From Candidatus Iainarchaeum sp. (GTDB lineage: Archaea > Iainarchaeota > Iainarchaeia > Iainarchaeales > VGJJ01): 32,000 nt of DNA. A program made the translations under genes and the position numbers. The notes below the pieces were generated by a model, which saw nothing but the letters and a program-made list of their open reading frames with translations, was not told the origin of the DNA and did no database searches. The number at the start of each line of letters is the position of its first letter. The stretch's first letter is position 1. The DNA is taken from assembly GCA_030688545.1 (NCBI GenBank), contig JAUYHT010000008.1, positions 123,888 to 155,887 of the forward strand. Reading direction: 5' to 3'. Positions 15,548 through 24,535 of the stretch are shown in pieces.

Positions 15548-15735
15548 GCTTACACCAAGGCATTATCGGGTTAAAAGCCTGCCATTCAACCGCAGGGAAT
15601 CCTGTTCCTCCCCTCGGAAAAAATAGGCCCTTACAACATAAAACAGGAGGAGTTCCCTTCCTCAAAAAATTCAGGAAGAAGCGGGGACCGCATAGACTGT
15701 TATCAGCAACCACTCGCAAACAAATTTTAATGGTG

Positions 15736-16596
15736 TTAATCCTCATCATAGTGGCGCCTCATTTCGATGTTTAGCCTTTGTCCAGCCAATAGGCCTTTTG
15801 CCATCCCGCGGATATGTTGATAAAAATAATCGTCTCTCTTTCCTAATCCTTTGAAATACGCATTTAATGCCAGTTCAAAGTCTTCTGGCGTCCTGAAGAG
15901 ATAGTAATTACCAATGACGTGCCATGCCTCATGCAAAAAGTGATAGAATTCAGATAGTTTTGCTTTTTCGTACCCCTCTTGGTAAGCGGGAACAAATAGT
16001 TTCTTGCTTTTTCTTTTTTCTACCTCCTCTTTAGTTAACATCTGTTTGGTGTCGAGGACGGTGACTCGTGACCCATCAATGATAAAGTTGCCCATATGTG
16101 GATGTCCATGCCATATCCCGACACGGTGCATCTTTCCGATGGTTTCAGCAATTTTTAATCCGATTTCTCTTTTTTGGTCAGCCGACATTTTTTGGTTGTT
16201 GAACGCTTCCTGTCCGCTTGTTCCCTTCACAAAACGGAATACGTGAAAACGTCTCTTTTTAGCGTCAACATATGATGCCAAAGGGGATTCCACGCGTACT
16301 CTTCGGCCTATTGCCATAACAGCAGATACAAGAGCGCCTCGCTCACCTTTGAGTTCCCGATCAAGCATGTAGGAGTTTCTCCACCTCTTTAACGCTTCTG
16401 CATTTTTTATCACTAATTTCATGCCGCTGGGAGTTTCCACTTGCATGGGATATTCATACGGGAATTCTTTTCCTAATGCTTTTTTCACTATTCTCCATTT
16501 TGACGGGTCGCGCAACTCAGGTCTATTTTCACGATAAATGATGGCGCGAATCGAGGAATGCGGTCTGCGCGCACGGGCAAAAGATTTTCCTTGCAT
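15736..16596 (-). CDS. Protein-kinase-like fold protein (RIO/Kdo/APH-like) with catalytic Asp replaced by His
   Basis: 'MKLVIK' is a VAIK-like Lys. 'HRVGIWHGHPHMGNFII' matches the Brenner motif HxDxxxxN, but reads H-G-H-P-H-M-G-N. 'VTVLDTK' occupies the DFG position. AT-rich. Confidence 0.6.
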   Translation of the reverse strand: MQGKSFARARRPHSSIRAIIYRENRPELRDPSKWRIVKKALGKEFPYEYPMQVETPSGMKLVIKNAEALKRWRNSYMLDRELKGERGALVSAVMAIGRRVRVESPLASYVDAKKRRFHVFRFVKGTSGQEAFNNQKMSADQKREIGLKIAETIGKMHRVGIWHGHPHMGNFIIDGSRVTVLDTKQMLTKEEVEKRKSKKLFVPAYQEGYEKAKLSEFYHFLHEAWHVIGNYYLFRTPEDFELALNAYFKGLGKRDDYFYQHIRGMAKGLLAGQRLNIEMRRHYDED

Positions 16597-16617
16597 AGGC
16601 TAGTTGGCTTTTTTGAT

Positions 16618-16625
16618 TATATAAA
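16618..16625 (-). promoter_or_regulatory. TATA box (TTTATATA on minus strand) of kinase-like gene
   Basis: Consensus-like archaeal TATA centred 25.5 nt upstream of the ATG at 16596, which implies a leaderless transcript. Confidence 0.55.
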
Positions 16626-16644
16626 ATTTTGCAAGTAGTCCTTT

Positions 16645-17211
16645 CTACGTAGAAGCAGGGGCCGTGTGCGCGGCTTCCTTGGTATGGTGGGGCAGGGGCT
16701 CATCCCAATACCGATGAATGATGACGAAAGAAACCCACCCCAGCAACCCCGCGAGCACGAATAGGAAGAAGGGTGACTTGAGGAGGAAATCAAGAAAGTT
16801 CTGCATCACGAAATCAATCGTAGGACTCAACGAGACGATGCCGGGGTATGCGTCTCCCTTATTGAGGGCCACTAGAAACGCATTGTTCCAATAATAACCC
16901 ACCATGGAAAAGAACCAGGCCACATACCCTAACACCACCCACATCAAAGCAAACGGAATGGATAGAACAAAATCGTCCTTGAAATGAAGGGCATACCATT
17001 CCATCCCCAGCCAAACAAAAATGAACCCAATCAAAGGAATCCCCCAGAACAAGGGGTCCACGAACAAGTATCCCTGGAGGGGCACTCCTTGGAATAGGGA
17101 ATGACCATAGGCATCCCACTTGGGAAGGAAATCAAACACAAGATAAACAAGATACAAAATGACATACGTCAAAACAAGGAAAATGCCTATCTTCATGGGA
17201 CGCGCGACCAT
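16645..17211 (-). CDS. Polytopic membrane protein (about 5 TM, hypothetical)
   Basis: 188-aa ORF rich in aromatic hydrophobic helices (IGIFLVLTYVILYLVYLVF, WGIPLIGFIFVWLGMEW, etc.). No motif recognised. Confidence 0.65.
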   Translation of the reverse strand: MVARPMKIGIFLVLTYVILYLVYLVFDFLPKWDAYGHSLFQGVPLQGYLFVDPLFWGIPLIGFIFVWLGMEWYALHFKDDFVLSIPFALMWVVLGYVAWFFSMVGYYWNNAFLVALNKGDAYPGIVSLSPTIDFVMQNFLDFLLKSPFFLFVLAGLLGWVSFVIIHRYWDEPLPHHTKEAAHTAPAST

Positions 17212-17339
17212 ATGCTTCCATTACAAGCCCAATGCCATAAAAACCCCATCTCCACTCCCCTCCAACACCCATCCTTCACTCACAATGGCTCTGCCCCCGG
17301 CGTACCCTAAAAAACCCAATAGGGGATTAAGCATCTTGC

Positions 17340-20216
17340 ATGGAAGCCAAACTCCCCCCCAAAATGCCCTGGGTGGAAAAATACCGCCCTCACGCTCTCA
17401 AGGATGTAATCGGGCAACCTGAAATCGTTCCCCGACTTGAACGGTATGTGGCCACCCGGGATCTGCCGCACCTCATGTTCGCGGGGCACGCGGGAATAGG
17501 GAAGACATCAGCGGCCGTGGCATTGGCCAAAGAACTATTTGGTGAAGAGTGGGGGCAGAACTTCATGGAGCTCAACAGCTCGGACGACCGGGGCATTGAT
17601 GTCGTAAGGGGCACCATCAAGGATTTCGCGCGCACGCTAGCGTTCAATGCGGATTTCAAGATCATATTTTTAGATGAGTGCGACGCACTCACCGCGGATG
17701 CCCAACAGGCTTTGCGTCGAACGATGGAAAAATATTCCAGGACGGTTCGCTTTATTCTTTCGTGCGTAACACCCGAAACACGTATCGCAACACCTGAAGA
17801 AACTGAAATGACAATAGGCGAATACTTTGAGCGATTTGAAGAAAAAAAAATAAAACATGTTTTCAATGTCCACGAAAAAAGGAGCAAAGCAAAAACTGAT
17901 TTGGTCTTGGCAGCCTTAAAACAGAATCCAAAAATGAATGGAAAAAAAGTTATGGAAATACAAACGAATACTGGACGCACCCTCCACGTAACGGACGACC
18001 ACCCCCTCTTCACGAGTGAAGGATGGAAAAAAGTCAAGGACCTCCAAATGAAAGAAAAGATCGTTATATTTCCGGCACTGGAAACTACTTCTTATCCAAC
18101 TGATATTCGACCATTATTTGATATTGAAGAATTTGAGCGATTCCTCGAGAACCTGGAGGTGCGTCCACGTCTAAATCTCACCAACGCTACCCAATTCAGA
18201 CAGTTAACCGCCATGGACAAACGGAAAATGGTTGATAAAATACACGAATATTACTCCTTCATTTCATCGGGAAAAGGAGTTACGCCACGAGAGTTAAAAC
18301 TTTTGTCATTTATTCCAACCGATAAAAATATTTCCCGTGCCTCGTTAGCACAACATATGCAGCTATCGCGCATTCGTACCGTGCAACTACTACAAGTATT
18401 AGAATCCAAGGGGTTTGTCCGACGCACAATAGAAGGAAAAATCCATTCATTTTGCCGCACAAATGAAATCCCACGCAAAATAAGGAACTTTAGGGATATC
18501 CAAAATGAAATCAAAAAACAATTTGGAATTAGTGTTTCTTATACCGAAGTCCAAAAGCTGGCACGACGGGAAGTAGTGTTTGAAGGAAAAACAGCCGGAA
18601 CCCTGAACGAATTAACAAAAAAAGAACTGTTAACCCTCCGTTGTGATGATGAAAAAACGTTTGCTCTCATCCGAGTCCTTGGATTTGTATTTGGTGACGG
18701 CCACATCATCCATAACCACCAACGCATTTGGTTCAGTGGAAATACGGATGCGCTAGACGAAGTCCGCAACGATCTCAAAAAGCTGGGTTTCACTCCCAGC
18801 CCCACCCAGACCAAACAGATTCGCGGGAACATTGGAGGAAGACAATTCGATGGCGAAACGACATTTATGTTTCTTGATTCGCGTCCCCTGGGATACTTGC
18901 TTGCCTTTTTGGGGGCATCAACGGGAGATAAAGTAATCACGCCGTATTCCCTACCCTCTATAGTTAAAACAGGAAACCGTCTAATCAAGCGCGAATTCCT
19001 TCGTGCATTATTCGGATGCGAAGGTTATTCGCCGCGAATAACATACAAGAGTTTGGAAGCCATCACGTTGCGCATGCACAAGGATTTTATTCTCCGATCA
19101 AATATGCTCGCATTTTTTGGCGATCTCCAAACCTTATTGAAGGAATTCGACGTTGACTCCTACTTAGGGATAAACTCAACATCCTACACACGAAAAGATG
19201 GACAAAAATCTGAAATCCACGAACTTATCATTACTCCCAATGAAGAAAACACCTATCGCTTCTTGAGTCGAGTTGGATACGCATTCGAAATAGCTAAAAT
19301 GAACAAAGCACGATTGGTGGGAGAATATTTACGCTATAAAAGTGCTAACCTAATGCGCCAAAAAAAGAAAGCGGAAGAAATCGTTGTATTATTAAAGGAT
19401 GGATATACCAAAAGCGCCATCGCACGTATCGTTGATTGTTCAAGAGACTTCGTTGTTGGCCAATCTTTAGGAAAGCAAGTTCATTCACCGCACGACTTCT
19501 TATCTTATGAAAAATGGAAAGATAAATACGGTTTCAAAGAAGGCCTTGTATTCAATGAAATCACATCCATGCACGAAATTGAGGTTCCGTTTGTCATGGA
19601 TATCACATGCCATAACGATCACAATTTTATCGCGAATGGTATTATGGCCCATAATTGCAATTTTTCATCTCGGATAATCGAACCCATCCAAAGCCGGTGT
19701 GTCGTGTTCCGATTCCGCCCGCTGCGAAAGGTGGACCTGGAAAAGCAATTGCGATTAATCGCTGAAAAAGAGGGGGTGGTGCTGGAACCCAAAGCCATCG
19801 ACGCCATAGAATATGTGAGCGAGGGGGATATGCGCAAGGCCATCAACGTGCTGCAGGCGGCCGCGACGCTTGAAAAAAAGGTCACTGAAACCATCGTGTA
19901 CAACGTGGCCAACAAAGCGCAACCAAAAGAAGTGAAGGAAATGATCCATGCCGCCCTGAAGGGGAAATTCATGGACGCCCGGGAAAAACTGGATTACCTC
20001 ATGCTAGAGAACGGGTTATCCGGGGAAGATATCATCAAACAGATCCACAAGGAAGTCCTGGATTGGGACGAAAACGAATTGGACTCCCAGACCAAAATTC
20101 GCCTTGTCGACCGAATTGGAGAATACGACTTCCGCCTCGTGGAAGGGGCCAATGAACGCATCCAGCTCGAAGCCTTGCTCGCCCAGATGGGCTTGGTTGC
20201 GAGTGAGAAGAAATAA
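17340..20216 (+). CDS. rfcS: Replication factor C small subunit, interrupted by one intein (mature extein about 327 aa)
   Basis: 'PWVEKYRP', Walker A 'GHAGIGKTS', Walker B '[10 protein letters not shown]', sensor-1 'RFILS/CNFSS' (split by the intein), 'EPIQSRC' and the C-terminal collar domain are all present. Confidence 0.95.
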   Translation: MEAKLPPKMPWVEKYRPHALKDVIGQPEIVPRLERYVATRDLPHLMFAGHAGIGKTSAAVALAKELFGEEWGQNFMELNSSDDRGIDVVRGTIKDFARTLAFNADFKIIFLDECDALTADAQQALRRTMEKYSRTVRFILSCVTPETRIATPEETEMTIGEYFERFEEKKIKHVFNVHEKRSKAKTDLVLAALKQNPKMNGKKVMEIQTNTGRTLHVTDDHPLFTSEGWKKVKDLQMKEKIVIFPALETTSYPTDIRPLFDIEEFERFLENLEVRPRLNLTNATQFRQLTAMDKRKMVDKIHEYYSFISSGKGVTPRELKLLSFIPTDKNISRASLAQHMQLSRIRTVQLLQVLESKGFVRRTIEGKIHSFCRTNEIPRKIRNFRDIQNEIKKQFGISVSYTEVQKLARREVVFEGKTAGTLNELTKKELLTLRCDDEKTFALIRVLGFVFGDGHIIHNHQRIWFSGNTDALDEVRNDLKKLGFTPSPTQTKQIRGNIGGRQFDGETTFMFLDSRPLGYLLAFLGASTGDKVITPYSLPSIVKTGNRLIKREFLRALFGCEGYSPRITYKSLEAITLRMHKDFILRSNMLAFFGDLQTLLKEFDVDSYLGINSTSYTRKDGQKSEIHELIITPNEENTYRFLSRVGYAFEIAKMNKARLVGEYLRYKSANLMRQKKKAEEIVVLLKDGYTKSAIARIVDCSRDFVVGQSLGKQVHSPHDFLSYEKWKDKYGFKEGLVFNEITSMHEIEVPFVMDITCHNDHNFIANGIMAHNCNFSSRIIEPIQSRCVVFRFRPLRKVDLEKQLRLIAEKEGVVLEPKAIDAIEYVSEGDMRKAINVLQAAATLEKKVTETIVYNVANKAQPKEVKEMIHAALKGKFMDAREKLDYLMLENGLSGEDIIKQIHKEVLDWDENELDSQTKIRLVDRIGEYDFRLVEGANERIQLEALLAQMGLVASEKK
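17763..19655 (+). mobile_element. 631-aa intein with LAGLIDADG homing-endonuclease domain and extra HTH modules
   Basis: It starts with Cys (CVTPETRI). Block B is 'LHVTDDHPL'. The LAGLIDADG motifs are '[14 protein letters not shown]' and '[11 protein letters not shown]'. The C-terminus is '[21 protein letters not shown]' followed by the +1 Cys of 'CNFSS'. I calculated the boundaries from codon counts (TGC at 17763; AAT|TGC at 19653-19658). It is AT-rich relative to the exteins. Confidence 0.92.
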
Positions 20217-20349
20217 GAACCTCGACGCGCCATCTGAAAATGGCCAAAGATCGACCGGTCGCGCGAAAACACCAACCGAATCACCTATAAAGAAACAAAA
20301 AACCGTGCATTTGGACAAGATTTAAATTAAGCCAAACAATGCCATGTTC

Positions 20350-21651
20350 ATGCCCCAAAAAAACCGATTGGCGTCGAGACAAGAAAGGGTATTGCGGAAA
20401 ATAGGATTGATGCCATTAACCTCTACTAAAGAAATTTCCACGCGTTTTGGAATATCAATTAATAACCTCAAAATTATTGAGAGATTACATGCGGGAAGGT
20501 TAGAAACCAAAAGAGGATTAATCGAAAAGTTTTCAAGGGACCCCAACAAAAATCGTCTTTTAACGCACCCAAAATTATGGGCATTGCATCGAACCATGGA
20601 ACTGGCACCCCTTTTAACCGCTAGGGAAATACATGAACAACTGGAAAGAGAAAAAAAACACCACCCTCACCTTTCCTCGCTAAAAATTCCGTCCGAAAAT
20701 ATGATAAATTTGACAATTAAAAATTTAAAACTCCGCACCGAAGAACAGGAAAAGATATTGCTTCGAAAAAGATATGATAAAAGAAGAAGGCCCATCAACG
20801 AATTGACTCCGGAGCAACGACAGATGCTAGCCGATGCCGCAAAACCCCTTATTGAAAGATATTGGAGTAAGATACGAAGAAATTATGGAGACGAATTGGC
20901 TGACATCATCCGTGACCATATTCAGGACGAAACCAAGTATGTTCGAATTCCCGCCCATTTATCAAAAGAAGAGATGGAACACGCATGGTTGGCCTACCTG
21001 AAAAAAGGACAACGCTACTTTTTTCTGCGAGGGGTAGCCATTCTCCGATCGCGCACAAAAGGAAAGCGCCGCATTCAGTTTCCCGAAGGAGAAATTCCTA
21101 ATATTGAAATCGAAGCACTCCAACCGATAGAAAGAGAAATGGAATTCCCTCCCGACATAACGTTTCCTACCCGCTTAAGTCGACGAGAAGGGCAAGTATT
21201 GCAGTTATTGAAAGAAGGAAAAACGCGAAAGCAGATTGCTGTAATACAAGGGGTAGGAACCGCTGCTATCGGTGCTACTGTAAGTAGGATTCGAAAAAAA
21301 ATAAAAATAGGAGGTGGCGAAGAAACACCCCGCCCATCAGAAAAAACCTCACTCCCAATAAAAAAAGCTATTCGCAGACCACTTGATCCTCCAAAACAAC
21401 AAAAATATCCAGAAACACATATTGGTGACCCTATTCGACGAGCCATCATTACCTACCTTTCAAAGAGAGCAGGAACCTATTATTCACGAGGGAGATTAAA
21501 GCAAAGAATACGTGAGGAGTTTCCAAGTCCACATCCATCTACATTTTGGAAAAAACGTGTCATGCCCCAAATCCAATACTTATTAGAAAATGGCTGGATT
21601 GAGGAAGAAATCATCCAAGGGAAAGTACCTTGGTACCGGTTGAAAACCTAA
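20350..21651 (+). CDS. Multi-HTH protein: N-terminal HTH, LuxR/sigma-70 region-4-type HTH, basic linker, C-terminal winged helix (hypothetical regulator)
   Basis: 'LSRREGQVLQLLKEGKTRKQIAVIQGVGTAAIGATVSRIRKKI' fits the GerE/LuxR pattern. The N-terminal 'LASRQERVLRKIGLMPLTSTKEISTRFGISINNLKIIERL' is a second r4-like HTH. The C-terminal 'IITYLSKRAGTYYSRGRLKQRI..STFWKKRVMPQIQYLLENGWIEE..WYRL' is wHTH-like. The TATA TTTAAATT (20321..20328) lies 25.5 nt upstream of the ATG at 20350; the track start is 20344. Confidence 0.65.
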   Translation: MPQKNRLASRQERVLRKIGLMPLTSTKEISTRFGISINNLKIIERLHAGRLETKRGLIEKFSRDPNKNRLLTHPKLWALHRTMELAPLLTAREIHEQLEREKKHHPHLSSLKIPSENMINLTIKNLKLRTEEQEKILLRKRYDKRRRPINELTPEQRQMLADAAKPLIERYWSKIRRNYGDELADIIRDHIQDETKYVRIPAHLSKEEMEHAWLAYLKKGQRYFFLRGVAILRSRTKGKRRIQFPEGEIPNIEIEALQPIEREMEFPPDITFPTRLSRREGQVLQLLKEGKTRKQIAVIQGVGTAAIGATVSRIRKKIKIGGGEETPRPSEKTSLPIKKAIRRPLDPPKQQKYPETHIGDPIRRAIITYLSKRAGTYYSRGRLKQRIREEFPSPHPSTFWKKRVMPQIQYLLENGWIEEEIIQGKVPWYRLKT

Positions 21652-21729
21652 AAAACCAAATCCGCTGCTGAATGTTGGCACAATTCAACCGTTTTGAAAC
21701 CTACGGCGGTTTGGTCCCGATAAAATTAA

Positions 21730-22047
21730 ATGGATAAAAATGAAGGTCACCATATGTCTGATATTGAGCACGAAAATGAAGCCTATGAGGAGCTCAAGGA
21801 TTTCCTTGAGAATCGGTTCAATAATTTTCATTATACCATCATTGTCGGCCTCGGCCGAATTGAAAATGACAAAGAGATATATGCCATGGGATTCACATTA
21901 TCGAATACGGATGCGCATACACCCTTTGGTATTATTAAGGGAATAATTGCTAATATAATAGCTGAATATCAGCAATTGATCGACCAGTATGAGCCAAACC
22001 CCGCCCCCTCGCTTTTCAAAACAAAAGGAGAAAAACCAAATGCCTAA
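21730..22047 (+). CDS. Hypothetical acidic small protein (105 aa; may start at ATG 21754)
   Basis: An ORF in an AT-rich island with no recognised motif. The A/T box TAAAATTA (21721..21728) lies about 30 nt upstream of the ATG at 21754. Confidence 0.45.
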   Translation: MDKNEGHHMSDIEHENEAYEELKDFLENRFNNFHYTIIVGLGRIENDKEIYAMGFTLSNTDAHTPFGIIKGIIANIIAEYQQLIDQYEPNPAPSLFKTKGEKPNA

Positions 22048-22174
22048 CATTACCCGCATTCGTGTTCCGATTGACCGTCTCGATTTACTCCGAGTTCCTT
22101 TTCCAAAAGAAATACTCGTGGATGCTAAAAAGGAAATGGCTAAAAAAAATCAAGCAAACGACGCTGATGCATAA
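22040..22174 (+). CDS. Hypothetical 44-aa protein, translationally coupled to 21730..22047
   Basis: The ATG at 22040 overlaps the upstream stop by 8 nt (MPNITRIRVPIDRLDLLRVPFPKEILVDAKKEMAKKNQANDADA). It overlaps the 3' end of nreA on the opposite strand by 35 nt. Weak support. Confidence 0.25.
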   Translation: MPNITRIRVPIDRLDLLRVPFPKEILVDAKKEMAKKNQANDADA

Positions 22175-23417
22175 TCCGATCCAGCAATTTTGAATTTTTC
22201 TTCCATTCCTTCAAAGGAATGGTCAATTTTGATCCGAGTGCCTGTAACGCCGGTTCCAACGAATCGAATAAATATGAAGACTGTTCCATGGCGTTTCGCA
22301 CATTCTGGCGACACTGCCAAACACCCATAGGTTGTTGATACCCGGGCCCAATCTCCCGGAAGATTATGGCCGCGGCTTGCCGGCGGTTCTCTTTCATCCA
22401 CTCAAGCACCGCGAGGCGCGTAGCATAATATCCTCCTGCCACATTCTCGGCATAATTTTTCCGCCCATCAAAGAATTCATGATCGCAACTCATGTGCACA
22501 TTCGTCATCTCCTGCGCCCAAAAGGAACCCGGGCGATATGCTTCCATGATGTCGAATCCCCATTCCCGAGGAAGGAGGAGAACATAGAAATGATTATCCA
22601 AAAAATGGGATTCAAAAAGACGGAACTCATCAATCTGAGAAAAATCCTTGATTTGGTCGATGAGATATTTGCCGATGGTGTCGTCGGATACGGTGATGCT
22701 CCAGCGCGTGGGAGTCAATTTTCGGTTCGCCATCACCCCCAACGTACCCGCGCTCAACAGTTTGTACAAATGATGCACAGGAATATCTTTCTCGTATAAT
22801 TCCTGCATCGCGGTGGCGGCCTTGACCTGGTGATCACTGACCAAATACTCCACCTTATCGGGAATGTGGGGGTTTTCCTGCAACGAAAAATGTTTCATGG
22901 GCGCCTGTGGACCCATGGGGGGTGTGTCATGGGAGAATTCCAGTTTGGACATCGGGCTTTTTGTCAATTCCACTTCCACCTCCACCTTTTGGGAAGCCAT
23001 GGCAATCTCCTGGATCTTCTGCAACTCATTGGAAGGATTGCGCGCGGCATGAATCGACATAGGAAGGTTGGACCGAATTAATTGGGAGCGGAATCCCACC
23101 AGTTCATCCAATGGCCTCCCGAACCAGCGCTCCGGGTTGTCCAACAGGTCCGCGGCGTCCGCATCCAAGGAGAACGTGGGGGCCATGGGGGCAATTTTAA
23201 CCTTGGGATAACCATGATGGGAGACGAATAACGAGGGAGGGGAACTCCCTGAAAATACCTTTCCTTTCATCCGCGAAATGGTGCGCTGTTGCCCCTCATG
23301 CTTCTCCAAAACCCAGCATATGGGCCCACACCACAAGCGCCCACGGCACTTGACACACGTTTCGGGGGAGGGCTTGAGGGGCTGCATACCTAGGTAAAGA
23401 CAAAACGGGCTTTTCAA
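22140..23417 (-). CDS. nreA: Nre-family DNA repair protein NreA
   Basis: 'SPPSLFVSHHGYPKV', 'ENPHIPDKVEYL', 'LSAGTLGVMANRKLTPTRWSITVSDDTIGKYL' and 'GGYYATRLAVLEWMKENRRQAAAIIFREIGPGYQQPMGVWQCRQNVRNA' closely follow the conserved Nre_N/Nre_C blocks. N-terminal Cys cluster 'CVKCRGRLWCGPIC'. Alternative start at ATG 23387. Confidence 0.85.
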   Translation of the reverse strand: MKSPFCLYLGMQPLKPSPETCVKCRGRLWCGPICWVLEKHEGQQRTISRMKGKVFSGSSPPSLFVSHHGYPKVKIAPMAPTFSLDADAADLLDNPERWFGRPLDELVGFRSQLIRSNLPMSIHAARNPSNELQKIQEIAMASQKVEVEVELTKSPMSKLEFSHDTPPMGPQAPMKHFSLQENPHIPDKVEYLVSDHQVKAATAMQELYEKDIPVHHLYKLLSAGTLGVMANRKLTPTRWSITVSDDTIGKYLIDQIKDFSQIDEFRLFESHFLDNHFYVLLLPREWGFDIMEAYRPGSFWAQEMTNVHMSCDHEFFDGRKNYAENVAGGYYATRLAVLEWMKENRRQAAAIIFREIGPGYQQPMGVWQCRQNVRNAMEQSSYLFDSLEPALQALGSKLTIPLKEWKKNSKLLDRIMHQRRLLDFF

Positions 23418-23451
23418 GGTTTGGACGGTCTATCGCCGAGGAAAACGTTAA

Positions 23452-24510
23452 ATGGGTGGATTGGGTCAATCCCCCATGACCCGATCCTCCCGGTTGCCCA
23501 GCGAGCGATTCCATCGCCGGCCATCAACGCGAGAAAGGACACGTGCCGCTCTACTAGCACGAACGAAAAAGGGATGGCTGGAACGCCTTCACGAACCGCC
23601 CCCCTGGTGGGAGAAAGGAAAACTGTTGGATTATAGAACTAAAAGATGGAATGAGGTGGAAGAAGGCATTCGTTCTACCAGTCCCGAAAAATACGCAGAA
23701 GCCGAGCGTCAGTTAAAAAACCATTTTGATTATCAAGCTGAATACGCGATTAGAAAATATTTTGAATTGAGACCAAACACCCCCTATTCATTTGAAGAAA
23801 TATATACGCGCATGCTCGAAAGACATTATTTCAACTTTTTGACAGCAGCCAAAGAAAATTTATCTGGTTCCTCTTATATTCTTGCAAGAATGAGCCTTGC
23901 CATCGGGCCGGAAAAAAGGGTTCTTGAAAGTTTTGAACAACAAAATCTACCAAAAGCAAGTCGCTTTACGAGCCACCCACGTTTTGGCAAAGCGAGTTCC
24001 AGAAAAATATCTTTACTTGGAATACTTCCCCCCCACATCCCGACAACGCCTAGCCGACCGGACATCGTGCATTACCTATCTGGGATACCTGAACCCAACC
24101 GGACCATTGTGATGCGCTATTTCGGAGTAGGGACAGCACCCGAAACACTAGCTTCCATTGCAAAAGATTATGGCGTAACTGGGGTAAGAATTCGCCAACG
24201 GATTCGACGCTCGCTCGAAATCATCCGCACCAGAACGCGGCCACCAAAATCAAAAAAAAAGATTATCCGACGGAGGCGGAATGAACTCATTCGGGAAACC
24301 CTTGAAATATTCATGAAAAAGGGGGAAGGTTCTATAAAAATGATCAAATCCAGAGACCTATTTTCCCTATTGCGATTAACATATCCGGCAATTAACTATT
24401 CCACTTTTATTCGGCTGCTAACTCAACTGGAAAGAGAGGATCGAATCGACCATATCGCTTATGGGGTATACACCCTCCGCCCGAAAGGGCGGCCGAGGAA
24501 AGACCATTAA
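23452..24510 (+). CDS. Sigma-70 region-4-type HTH protein with basic linker and C-terminal winged helix (hypothetical regulator)
   Basis: 'LSGIPEPNRTIVMRYFGVGTAPETLASIAKDYGVTGVRIRQRIRRSLEIIR' matches the r4 pattern (L..L.ere..vl.lryGl....tl.eIa...gvs.erVRQi..rAl..LR). Linker 'PPKSKKKIIRRRRN'. C-terminal 'LFSLLRLTYPAINYSTFIRLLTQLEREDRIDHIAYGVYTL' is wHTH-like. Alternative start at ATG 23476. Confidence 0.65.
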   Translation: MGGLGQSPMTRSSRLPSERFHRRPSTRERTRAALLARTKKGWLERLHEPPPWWEKGKLLDYRTKRWNEVEEGIRSTSPEKYAEAERQLKNHFDYQAEYAIRKYFELRPNTPYSFEEIYTRMLERHYFNFLTAAKENLSGSSYILARMSLAIGPEKRVLESFEQQNLPKASRFTSHPRFGKASSRKISLLGILPPHIPTTPSRPDIVHYLSGIPEPNRTIVMRYFGVGTAPETLASIAKDYGVTGVRIRQRIRRSLEIIRTRTRPPKSKKKIIRRRRNELIRETLEIFMKKGEGSIKMIKSRDLFSLLRLTYPAINYSTFIRLLTQLEREDRIDHIAYGVYTLRPKGRPRKDH

Positions 24511-24535
24511 AACCCATCCTCCCGGAAGATAGGCT

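Noticed and set aside
15534-15749. 71-aa ORF filling the 188-nt spacer between the membrane-protein and kinase-like genes; I also considered an ncRNA here.
   Set aside because: The ORF has an odd composition (Cys/Pro/Arg-rich) and no TATA at -26. It overlaps both neighbours' ends. The only structure I saw is a 6-bp hairpin (CTTCCT..AGGAAG) plus a minus-strand T6 run, more consistent with a terminator region than with a structured RNA gene.
20252-20261. 10-bp perfect palindrome CGACCGGTCG downstream of rfcS, and a similar one, CCTTCGAAGG, near 30414.
   Set aside because: Roughly 30 such 10-bp palindromes are expected by chance in 32 kb. Neither has an informative position relative to genes.
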